Assembly (NCBI GenBank): GCA_041694815.1
Contig: JBGFSC010000004.1
Location: 32,001-96,000 of the forward strand
Length of the DNA: 64,000 nt
Source: Elusimicrobiota bacterium
GTDB taxonomy: Bacteria > Elusimicrobiota > Elusimicrobia > UBA1565 > JACRDR01
Direction: 5' to 3'
This document shows, piece after piece, positions 8,976 to 17,054 of this stretch. Made by a program: the position numbers and the translations under genes. Numbering within the stretch: position 1 is the first letter of the stretch; each line of letters starts with the position of its first letter. Below the pieces are notes generated by a model, which was not told the DNA's origin, did not search any database, and saw only the letters and a program-made list of their open reading frames with translations.

Positions 8976-9901
8976 TGGTTTTCTCGGCCGTCGCGGCGTC
9001 GGCGCTGTTTTTATCGGCGCTGGCCTGGTCCTCGGCTCCCTCCATCGCCGCGCGGCCTTCGGCCGAGTTCGCCAGCCAGCTGCGGCGCGTGGGCGGGGGG
9101 TACCATCACGACGTCTACGAGCTGCGCTTCCCATCGCCCGTCATCAGCCGGTTCACGCCGAACAACACCGTTTGGGGCCATCTTTACGTCCCGCGGCATA
9201 CCCGGGGCCGGCCCGCCTGCGTGCTGCTTTTGCCGGTGATGGCGGCCCCCAACCTATGGATCGAGCGGCGCTTCGTCTACGAGCTGCTCCTGCGCCGCTA
9301 CGCCGTGCTGTTATTGGAAATGCCGTTCCAATTCCATCGGGTCCCTCACCCTGGCGTGTTAAGCGGACAGGTCTTCTTGGCGCGCACGGCCAAGGCCCTC
9401 TCCTTTAATTTCGCGCAGTCGGTGCTCGACGCCCGGCGGGCGATCGGGTGGTTGAAATCTTGCGATCTCGTCGACGGCGCCCGCGTCGGGCTTTTCGGCA
9501 TCAGCTTGGGCGCTCTGGTGGGGGCGAGCGCGCTCTCCGTTGACGAGCGCCTGGAGGGAGGCGTGCTCTTGTTGGGGGGTGCCGATTTCCCGGACCTCGT
9601 CTTCAACAGCGAGATGACCCGGGACTTCGTACGCCGCTCGGGCGTCGGCTTGGGCGAGATCCGGCGCGCCTGGAACGGGCTCGACCCGCTGGACTACGCG
9701 TCCCGGAACAAAGGAAAGAAGGTGTTTTTGCTCAACACGCGCGAGGACCTCGTCATCCCGATCGCTAACGCGCTCAAGCTCAAGGAGGCCTTTCCCGATT
9801 CCTCCCAACATTGGCTGCCCTTGGGTCATTATACGGCCCTGCTTCACCTGGCCTGGATCCCGGGTTACGTGAGCTGGCTGATGGGCAAGATACTGCTGTA
9901 A
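8975..9901 (+). CDS. Secreted alpha/beta hydrolase
   Basis: TGATG overlap with the porin gene; GISLG nucleophile elbow, EDLVIP, GHY. Confidence 0.85.
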   Translation: MVFSAVAASALFLSALAWSSAPSIAARPSAEFASQLRRVGGGYHHDVYELRFPSPVISRFTPNNTVWGHLYVPRHTRGRPACVLLLPVMAAPNLWIERRFVYELLLRRYAVLLLEMPFQFHRVPHPGVLSGQVFLARTAKALSFNFAQSVLDARRAIGWLKSCDLVDGARVGLFGISLGALVGASALSVDERLEGGVLLLGGADFPDLVFNSEMTRDFVRRSGVGLGEIRRAWNGLDPLDYASRNKGKKVFLLNTREDLVIPIANALKLKEAFPDSSQHWLPLGHYTALLHLAWIPGYVSWLMGKILL

Positions 9902-9955
9902 ATTTTTAAATAAATTTGTAATACGCGCCGGGCCTCCGTCCTCTATACTTTTGCC

Positions 9956-11278
9956 GTGCGTTGGCTGCTCCTATGCGTAGCCGCGTGCGCGGCACATCCC
10001 GCGCGCGCGGCCATCTTCAACGACGTGCTCCCGGGCGCGCGGCCCATGGGCATGGGAATGGCCTACACGGCCGTCGGCGACGATCCCAGCGCGATGTATT
10101 TCAATCCGGGCGGCCTGGCCGGCTCGGATTTGACCGAGTTTGGCGGCAGCGTGGGGCGCATGTACTCGCCGGTGGGTCCTCTCTCCTTCGTGACGGCCAC
10201 CTATATTCGCCCCCTGCCACTTCGGCCAAATTCCGTCGTCGGCGCCTCGTTTATGACGCTGCGCGAGAACAACGGCGGGGACAAGGATCAGTTCCTGCTG
10301 CATTATTCGGAGCCGATGAAGTTGCCCCAGCTGCAGCTGACCCGGCCGGCGAAGCTCGGCGCCAACCTTAAGTTCATCAACCTCGACGGCGGGACTAAGG
10401 GCGAAAAATTCGGCCTGGGCCTGGATCTCGGGGCCGTGCTGGAATCCGATTTCGGCCTGCGCTTCGGCGCCTCATTGACCGACCTGACTATGAAGCTGGG
10501 CGTCCCCAACCCATCGCTCAACCTGGGCCTGGGGTACAGCTACGATTGGGTGACCGTCGCCACCGATCTCCGCGTGCGGCAAGGAGCGACCGAGTTCTAT
10601 CCCGGTGTCGAGGGGTCGTTCTTCCACGGCCTGCTCAAGGCCCGCCTCGGGAAAGGAATGCCGCTCCACGGGGTCAGCCAGGTCGCTTTTGGGGTGGGGT
10701 TCAATGTATCGCCGGTCATCATCGATTACGCCATGACCATCCCCTTCAAGGGTATCAACCATGCCGGCGGCGCGTACCAAATGACACTTAATTATAAGTT
10801 CGATGCTCCGGTGTTCTACGGCCGCTTCGTGGGCGCCGCCGCCAAGCAGGCCGAGGAGATCAAGATGGAGCTGCTGCGCTTAGAGGATCGGCGCAAGACC
10901 CTCGAGGCGCAGACCCAGACCACCGAGGCGGCCAAATTGTCGCTGGAGGGGGAGCTACGTTCGATGGAATCGCGCGCCAAGAGCCTGCAGGAGGAAGTGC
11001 GCGCCCTGGAGATCCAAGCCGAGCAGCTGCATTACAAGGCGGCGCAGCCACGCCTGCCGAAGGAGACCCCCCCGCCGCCGCCCCCCAAGCCCGCGGCTCC
11101 CCGCTTTCCGCGCCCTCACGCGGTGGTCCCGGGAGACACCTTGCGCTCCTTGGCGGCGATGTATTACGGCGACCCCAATCTTTGGGAGCTCATCTACGAC
11201 GCCAACCCCGACAAGATCGACCGCGGGTTGCCCCAGGAAGGAAGCGTGTTGACCATCCCGCCGCCGGTGAGGCATTAG
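9956..11278 (+). CDS. PorV/PorQ-like beta-barrel + coiled coil + LysM protein
   Basis: GARPMGMGMAYTAV..D.SAMYFNPGGLA (PorV/FadL-like N-terminus); heptad region; Pro linker; VVPGDTLRSLAAMYYGDPNLWELIYDAN LysM. Confidence 0.82.
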   Translation: MRWLLLCVAACAAHPARAAIFNDVLPGARPMGMGMAYTAVGDDPSAMYFNPGGLAGSDLTEFGGSVGRMYSPVGPLSFVTATYIRPLPLRPNSVVGASFMTLRENNGGDKDQFLLHYSEPMKLPQLQLTRPAKLGANLKFINLDGGTKGEKFGLGLDLGAVLESDFGLRFGASLTDLTMKLGVPNPSLNLGLGYSYDWVTVATDLRVRQGATEFYPGVEGSFFHGLLKARLGKGMPLHGVSQVAFGVGFNVSPVIIDYAMTIPFKGINHAGGAYQMTLNYKFDAPVFYGRFVGAAAKQAEEIKMELLRLEDRRKTLEAQTQTTEAAKLSLEGELRSMESRAKSLQEEVRALEIQAEQLHYKAAQPRLPKETPPPPPPKPAAPRFPRPHAVVPGDTLRSLAAMYYGDPNLWELIYDANPDKIDRGLPQEGSVLTIPPPVRH

Positions 11279-11287
11279 GAAGCTAGT

Positions 11288-12442
11288 ATGGCATTGGTGG
11301 CGCTGCTTGGCTCAGATCCCGAATCGCGGCGCTCCTTGACCCTGGCGATCGAGGAGATGGGCCACCGCGTCTGCGGCCTCCCGACGCTGGAGGCGATGGA
11401 GGAGGCTCTCTCCGGCCAGAGGCCGCAGCTGCTCGTGGTGGCCTGCGAGGAGGGCTCCCGCCAGGCTGAGCTCGCGCTGGCGGAGGCGGACCGGCTCAGC
11501 CCTCTGCTTCCCGTGATCGTCGCCTTGGAGCGCCGCGACGCCTCGCGCGCGGTGGAACTGATGCTGATGGGTGCCTGCGAGGTCGTCCCGCCTCCCTGGA
11601 CCCGGGAGAACCTTTCGGCCTGCGTGGCCAAGGCACTGCGCTCGCGCGGCACGGGCTTCGAGCCGGTGCTTCCTAAGGCCGAGATCCGCCGCAGCCGGCT
11701 GGCGGCGGCCCTGCTCGGGGCTCTGCTCATGGCTGCGGGATTTTTTTCATGGTCGGCGTACCAGCGCCGCCTGGAGGCCATGCGGCCCCAAGCCAATGCT
11801 TGGGATCTGCCGACCTCGCATCCCTCCGGCCTCGCCTACCGCGAAGGGGAGCTCTGGGTGTCGGATTGGTTCTCGCAGAGCGTTTACCGCTACGACGCGC
11901 GGCGGCACGCCTGGCGCCGCGCGGTTTTCTTCCCGAAAGAGACCCCGATGGCCATGACGCTGAGCGCCGACGCCTTGTGGCTGGTCTCGACCCCTGGGCT
12001 GTTCACCAAGCACATGCTCGACGAGCGGCTGACGGCGCTGTCGAAGCTGGCCGATTCCCACGGACCGACCGTCGCGTTGGCATTCGATGGGCTCTACCTC
12101 TGGAGCGTGGACCGCCGCGCCCGCCGTATGCATAAGCGGCTGCTCGACGGCCAATTGACCGTGCTGGCCTCCTACGCGTATCCGGGTGTGGAGCCCGCGG
12201 CGCTGGCCTTCGACGGCAAGGGGCTCTGGTCGCTGGATGCCGCCAATCGCGAATTGCTGCGCCATGAGCTCGAGGACCCCAGGATCGTGACGCGCAAGCT
12301 GCCGCTGCCCGAATACGCGTCGGGGCTCTGGCGCCCCCGGGGCCTGGCCTTCGACGGCGCGTCCTTCTGGAGCGTGGCCGAAGGCAAGGACGCGGCACCG
12401 CGCCCGGGGCGCCTTTTCCGCCACCGGCTGCCCTCCTCATGA
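11288..12442 (+). CDS. Degenerate receiver domain + TM helix + periplasmic beta-propeller
   Basis: REC-like N-terminus without the acidic pocket or phospho-Asp; TM helix; repeated (G/A)LA(F/Y)DG..LWS blades. Confidence 0.7.
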   Translation: MALVALLGSDPESRRSLTLAIEEMGHRVCGLPTLEAMEEALSGQRPQLLVVACEEGSRQAELALAEADRLSPLLPVIVALERRDASRAVELMLMGACEVVPPPWTRENLSACVAKALRSRGTGFEPVLPKAEIRRSRLAAALLGALLMAAGFFSWSAYQRRLEAMRPQANAWDLPTSHPSGLAYREGELWVSDWFSQSVYRYDARRHAWRRAVFFPKETPMAMTLSADALWLVSTPGLFTKHMLDERLTALSKLADSHGPTVALAFDGLYLWSVDRRARRMHKRLLDGQLTVLASYAYPGVEPAALAFDGKGLWSLDAANRELLRHELEDPRIVTRKLPLPEYASGLWRPRGLAFDGASFWSVAEGKDAAPRPGRLFRHRLPSS

Positions 12443-12762
12443 TCCGGCGATCCTCGAAGACGCTTCCGGTGCGCTTTGATTTTCCTCCCCAGGAGGACCG
12501 ACAGGAGGGTTGGGGTCGATTCCTCGAACTCGGAGCCGGCGGGGCCCGGCTCCTGTCGCGCTTTCGCCTCGGGGATGGGGACAGCCTGCGGCTCGACTTC
12601 GAGCTTTCCGGGGAGACGTTCAACGGCCTGGCAGCCCAGGTCCGGCGGGCGTGGAAGGACGAGGACGGCTATTTCGTGGCCGAGCTGCGCTTTAAGGACG
12701 AGGTCGGAAAGAAGCGGTTGGAGAGAGTCCTGCGCGAGTTCCTCGCGCGCAGCCTTTATTGA
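12439..12762 (+). CDS. PilZ-domain protein (degenerate motifs)
   Basis: RRSSK.LPV, LELGAGGARL, AQVRR, ELRF; ATGA overlap. Confidence 0.7.
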   Translation: MIRRSSKTLPVRFDFPPQEDRQEGWGRFLELGAGGARLLSRFRLGDGDSLRLDFELSGETFNGLAAQVRRAWKDEDGYFVAELRFKDEVGKKRLERVLREFLARSLY

Positions 12763-13661
12763 CCCTTCGGGGGATGATACCAGGCTCCGCCGCTATTGCT
12801 CGTAGTGGACATGGTCTGCGCGTCCACCTCGAGCATTTTCGCGACGTAGGTAATTTCTTGCGACAGGCTCTTGGCTTCTTCTAGCTTCGGACGGGCCTGC
12901 GGGGCATGATCGTATCGGTAGGTGTTGGGAAGCTCCACGGTGCTGGTCGTTCCGTCCGGGTTGCGCACGGTGGCCGTTCCTCCAAGGGAGACAAGGGTAG
13001 GGGTCGTGGCGATCGTCAATGCCTCATCGGCGGCATCGACTGCTTTTCCGCTCTGGCCGATGAGCCATTGCGCGTCCTTGACGAGAATCGTGGCGTCCTT
13101 GCTGCAATCCTTGGCCGTCTTGGCGGCGTTATCGGCCTTCGCCTTCGCCTCGGCGGCGTATTCCCTGGCTTCCAGTATCCTTACCGTGGCGGCATGGCTG
13201 GCGGGTCCGTCCTGCTGCGTCGCCTCGATTTCGTCGACGGCGCGCGAGGTTTGCTCCACGGCGGCAGCGGCCAGCGAGGCGGTGTTGACCGAACCGTAGA
13301 TGGCGCTGATGCTCAGGCCGCAAGGGTCCGGCTTCGGCGCGCAGGCGGCCAAGAGCAGCGAGAACGCCATCATGGCGGCGAAGGCCGCTCGGAACGCGCC
13401 GCCGCGCCGCGATTGGGCGGCCTTGGCGGCCGGAGACGGCACCCGCTTGATCGCTCGGGCGCTCGGGGAGCCTTCCGGCTTCGCAGTGCTTCTCGAGGAA
13501 GCGCCGGCCGCCACCGCGGAGGAATCCGCCGCGCCGATCTGCGCGCCCTCGAAGAGCGGGCGCGAGGCGACGGCCTGCTCCTCCAGGTCGCCAGCGCGAG
13601 CGGGCGCGAATCCGGCGAAAAAGATAAAAGCGAGTGCGATCAGAAATCCGGACGTTTTCAT
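12756..13661 (-). CDS. Secreted helical protein with internal lipobox, paralogue 3
   Basis: Signal peptide, LEEQAVASRPLFEG, internal LLLAA-C, DPC...DC. Confidence 0.8.
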   Translation of the reverse strand: MKTSGFLIALAFIFFAGFAPARAGDLEEQAVASRPLFEGAQIGAADSSAVAAGASSRSTAKPEGSPSARAIKRVPSPAAKAAQSRRGGAFRAAFAAMMAFSLLLAACAPKPDPCGLSISAIYGSVNTASLAAAAVEQTSRAVDEIEATQQDGPASHAATVRILEAREYAAEAKAKADNAAKTAKDCSKDATILVKDAQWLIGQSGKAVDAADEALTIATTPTLVSLGGTATVRNPDGTTSTVELPNTYRYDHAPQARPKLEEAKSLSQEITYVAKMLEVDAQTMSTTSNSGGAWYHPPKGQ

Positions 13662-14518
13662 CGGCTCTTTTGCGCGCTGGCCGGCAGGCGGGCGGCGGCT
13701 TGTTGGAGCGCGCCGACGCGGGCGAGAGACTCTTTCGATGAATTCTGCGCGGCGGAGAGTTCATCCTTCGCGCCCGAAACGTCGTTATTATAATGATCGA
13801 CGCGGCGATCGGTAATCCCGTCGTTGTCGTCGTCGTAGCGGTGGGTATGGGTCGCCTGCTCGTAGGAGTCCCGTAACGCGGAGACCGTATGATCGTTTTG
13901 GGCCACCAGATTTTGGGCGTCGGCGACGACGTGGGTCGCTTCTGGCGCGCAGTCCGGCGCGACCCCAAAGGCCTTGCCGACGCTGGCGCGCGCCTCGCGC
14001 GCGGCTTGTTCCGCGTTGGCTACAGCGGATTTCGCGGCCCTCGACTTTTCGTGCCGGTTCGCGCTGATTCCCTTGCTTAACTCTTGAACGGCCGCCTCGC
14101 TTTTTTCAACCGCCGTTACGGTCTGCCCAACGGCGTTTTGGGTCAGTTCGCATGGATCAACAGGTTTGCCGCCGCAGGCGCCGAGCACAAGGGAGACGGC
14201 CATGAGGGCCACCATGAATGCGCCGAAAAATCCGCGCCCCTGGGACCGCACTTTCGCCTCCGCGCCTGCCGGGGCGGCAACGATGCGCGTCCCGCGGCCA
14301 CGATCGGCCGTTGACGGCGAGGCAAGACTGGCCCTCCCCGCCGCGTTAGCCTCCCGTTGGACCGCGACGCTCGCGGGCGCTGCGGCCTGTTGTCCTTCAA
14401 ACAGCGGTCGTGACGCTACGGCTTGCTCCTCGATGCTTCCGCGAGAATCTTGAGCGGATCCGATGGACAGGCAGCCCATGGCCCCCGCGGCCAAGAGGAA
14501 AATTTTGCGCGCGTTCAC
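13658..14518 (-). CDS. Secreted helical protein with internal lipobox, paralogue 2
   Basis: Signal peptide, IEEQAVASRPLFEG, internal LVLGA-C, DPCELTQNA...PDC; 4-nt overlaps with both neighbours. Confidence 0.8.
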   Translation of the reverse strand: MNARKIFLLAAGAMGCLSIGSAQDSRGSIEEQAVASRPLFEGQQAAAPASVAVQREANAAGRASLASPSTADRGRGTRIVAAPAGAEAKVRSQGRGFFGAFMVALMAVSLVLGACGGKPVDPCELTQNAVGQTVTAVEKSEAAVQELSKGISANRHEKSRAAKSAVANAEQAAREARASVGKAFGVAPDCAPEATHVVADAQNLVAQNDHTVSALRDSYEQATHTHRYDDDNDGITDRRVDHYNNDVSGAKDELSAAQNSSKESLARVGALQQAAARLPASAQKSR

Positions 14519-15426
14519 TTGTTTCCCGTCGTGGAATTAGGGATGTTGGCAGCGGTCTGCTTGAGAGCGTCGAGCTCGGTTAGGGCGCGTTGCAGGGAAG
14601 CCTGGGCGGCCTTTAGGGATTCTTTCGCGGCCCCGAGCTTGGAGTCGGACACCCACACATCGTCTCCCGAGATGGTTGTCGTGGTGCCATCGGCATTCTG
14701 AATCGTCGTGTCGCCAGTATAATAAGTCGCTTGATCGTACGCTTTTCGGGCGATATCATTCGTACCGCGATTTTGCGCCAAGAGATTCTGCGCGTCGGCT
14801 AAGGCATGCGTGGCCTCCGGCGAGCAGTCGGGAGCGGTTTGGAACGCGGTTTTGACGGCACCTTGGGCCGCATGTTGAGCGTCGCGTGCGCGGCCGATCG
14901 CGTTCTTGGAATCATAGGGGCTTGCCCTGGAGCCGCGTTCAGTATGGACGCTCTTATCCAATGTTTGCACGGCGGATTCGCTTTTCCCGACGGCGTTGGC
15001 CGTCTGGGATATGGCGTTCTGGGTCAATTCGCAGGGGTCGGTGATCTTTGTCCCGCCCCCGCAGGCGCTTAGCAGGCCCAGCGCGAGTAATCCGACCATG
15101 AGCGCCGCCGCTACCCGGCGGCCCAGGCCGGGTCGTTTTTGAGATCGAACATTCGCGGGCGCCGGAGGCTGTGATTTTGATCGGAGTTGCGAGGCCTGCT
15201 GTGGGGCCCCGCCGACGGATGATCCCGACGCGTTGCCGAGGTTCACAGACGGATCTCGTGGCCCGATCTGCGTCCCCTCAAATGTTGGCCGCGACGCGAC
15301 GGCCTGCTCTTCAAGGGAGCCGCTCGGTTCGGCGGAAATGACCGTGGGGGTTAGGGCGAGCGTGATGATTAAAAAGCCAGAGAGTTTTATTGCAAAAACA
15401 GCCGTCGGGATATTTCCTTTGTTCAT
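14515..15426 (-). CDS. Secreted helical protein with internal lipobox, paralogue 1
   Basis: ATG 15426 with GGGAG RBS; signal peptide, LEEQAVASRPTFEG, internal LLSA-C, DPCELTQNA...PDC. Confidence 0.8.
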   Translation of the reverse strand: MNKGNIPTAVFAIKLSGFLIITLALTPTVISAEPSGSLEEQAVASRPTFEGTQIGPRDPSVNLGNASGSSVGGAPQQASQLRSKSQPPAPANVRSQKRPGLGRRVAAALMVGLLALGLLSACGGGTKITDPCELTQNAISQTANAVGKSESAVQTLDKSVHTERGSRASPYDSKNAIGRARDAQHAAQGAVKTAFQTAPDCSPEATHALADAQNLLAQNRGTNDIARKAYDQATYYTGDTTIQNADGTTTTISGDDVWVSDSKLGAAKESLKAAQASLQRALTELDALKQTAANIPNSTTGNK

Positions 15427-15436
15427 CGATCTCCCG

Positions 15437-16213
15437 CTATTTGCCGTCGAGCTTCTGCCCCAGCAGGCGGCCGATTTTCCCAATGAGCCGGGAACCCTTG
15501 ACGGCGCCTATCACAGTCCCGACGAGCGACGCCAAGGCCACGAGTTGCATGAGTCCCTCGGCCCCACCAACCAAACTGAGAAGCGATGCCGCCATGAACG
15601 ATACGGTCAGCACAGCTCCGCCACCCAGCACCAGACCCAAGAAGCCGCCCAGCTTTTCCAGAACTCCCGCCCAAGTGAGGAAGGGAGGCCCAGGCTCCTT
15701 GCCGATCTTCCTGGCGAGCCAGGCCCCGAGATGGCCGCCTATCATGAAGCCGCCAGTGCCGCCGATTCCCAAGCCCAGGAGAAATAGGACGGGCGCCACT
15801 ATGAAAAGCAGTCCTATGAGCGCAAAACCGGCCCCCTCATTGTAGGGCGCATTGGGGTTGGTGAGGTAGGAGACGTTGGCCGCGACGGTATGCACCGCCC
15901 AGCCCGCGCCGGCAATAGCTCCGGACAGCATGCCGACAGCTTTTCCTGTGTCTCGCCCGAACTTGCTCTTGGGACCCTCCTCAGAGGGAGGCTCTGGCGG
16001 CTCGGAGCAATCGAGCGCCCGCCGTCCCGCCGTAACCGGAGCCACGGGGCGCGCCAATTTAAGCGCTTCGCGGATCGATGGCGCCTCAGGCGCGGATCCA
16101 TTAACCTTGTTATGGTCGAAGAGTTGAGCGGCCGCTGCAGCATCCTTCTCTGGGACCTGCGCCCCGGCGAGGCTTGGGCCGAGCAGAAAAATGATAAATA
16201 ACGCGTCCTTCAT
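15437..16213 (-). CDS. Signal-peptide protein with several glycine-zipper hydrophobic helices
   Basis: GGAGG RBS; signal peptide, QLFDH, Pro linker; GxxxGxxxG segments (GMLSGAIAG, GGTGGFMIGGHLG, GGFLGLVLGG). Confidence 0.75.
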   Translation of the reverse strand: MKDALFIIFLLGPSLAGAQVPEKDAAAAAQLFDHNKVNGSAPEAPSIREALKLARPVAPVTAGRRALDCSEPPEPPSEEGPKSKFGRDTGKAVGMLSGAIAGAGWAVHTVAANVSYLTNPNAPYNEGAGFALIGLLFIVAPVLFLLGLGIGGTGGFMIGGHLGAWLARKIGKEPGPPFLTWAGVLEKLGGFLGLVLGGGAVLTVSFMAASLLSLVGGAEGLMQLVALASLVGTVIGAVKGSRLIGKIGRLLGQKLDGK

Positions 16214-16287
16214 GAAGGCCTCCAATTCCTGTCCAGCTATGGCTCCTTTGCGTCTAGGATTGTATCCGTCCCTCTATAATCTCGAAA

Positions 16288-16349
16288 AGAAGCGAAAGGC
16301 CTAAACCCCTAGAGTCTTTCGACCCACGAGAAAAAGGGCTAAAGGCCTA
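16288..16349. promoter_or_regulatory. Three 16-bp palindromic boxes at 23-bp period
   Basis: AGAAGC-GAAA-GGCCTA (16288), AGAGTC-TTTC-GACCCA (16311), AAGGGC-TAAA-GGCCTA (16334); minus-strand TACAAT -10 at 16259-16264. Confidence 0.65.
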
Positions 16350-16371
16350 TATTCTCCAACGCAACCTTATC

Positions 16372-16400
16372 TTGACTTCACTAAGAGATCGCGGTATACT
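16372..16400 (+). promoter_or_regulatory. Sigma70 promoter of the toxin-antitoxin operon
   Basis: TTGACT-17 nt-TATACT. Confidence 0.75.
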
Positions 16401-16434
16401 GGAGATACTTTAAACAGTACATTTGGAGGTACTA

Positions 16435-16713
16435 ATGGAGATTCATCCCCGTCAGGGCGTCCAGCCGATTTCCGACTTCCGCAAGGACAGCGCTCGAGTG
16501 CTAAAGCTGCTCCGCGAACGCCGGGAGCCGGTGATTTTGACCCAGAGAGGCCGTTCGGTGGCTGTCCTATTGGACGTTGAAACCTATGAGCGGTTGGAAT
16601 ATGCCTCGGGTTTGAGGGCCTCCTACATGAGAGGCGTCGAAGATCTCAAGCGGGGGCGGGCTCGCCCGCATGAGGAGGTCGCCAAAGAGGTGTTGGGCCG
16701 TCTTCGCGCATGA
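16435..16713 (+). CDS. Phd/YefM family antitoxin
   Basis: GGAGGT RBS; PISDFR...PVILTQRGRSVAVLLDVETYE. Confidence 0.9.
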   Translation: MEIHPRQGVQPISDFRKDSARVLKLLRERREPVILTQRGRSVAVLLDVETYERLEYASGLRASYMRGVEDLKRGRARPHEEVAKEVLGRLRA

Positions 16714-17015
16714 AACGATGTTCCGTCCGCTGGTCCGCCGAGGCTATCGGCAACCTGCGGGCGATCATCGAGCATATCGCCGTTGACTCGCCCTCCCGCG
16801 CGCATGCTTTCGCGGAAAAATTGCTTCAAAGCGCGGCGCGCCTGGGCGCCTTTCCTGGCTCCGGAAGGAGGGTGCCTGAACTTGCAGACCAGATTCCGCC
16901 ACCCCGCGAGATTTTGGTCGGGGAGTATAGGCTGCTTTACCGGGAGGGCGCCCGTGGCGTGGAAATCGTCACGATCGTCCATGGCCGCAGGCTGCTGCCG
17001 CGGTTCCGGGAATAG
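16710..17015 (+). CDS. RelE/ParE family toxin
   Basis: VRWS.EA..NL..I..HIA.DSP, FPGSGRRVPEL, YRLLYR, VHGRR; ATGA overlap. Confidence 0.9.
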   Translation: MKRCSVRWSAEAIGNLRAIIEHIAVDSPSRAHAFAEKLLQSAARLGAFPGSGRRVPELADQIPPPREILVGEYRLLYREGARGVEIVTIVHGRRLLPRFRE

Positions 17016-17054
17016 TCCTAGGCGCACTCCCTCCTTATTTGTTATTCTAGGCTC

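Noticed and set aside
16288..16349. Mini CRISPR array or REP repeats
   Set aside because: Units are 16 bp and degenerate with 7-nt gaps, and there are no cas genes; they fit transcription-factor sites better
17016..17054. Glycine riboswitch before gcvT
   Set aside because: Only 39 nt of intergenic space, and a -10-like hexamer sits right before the ATG
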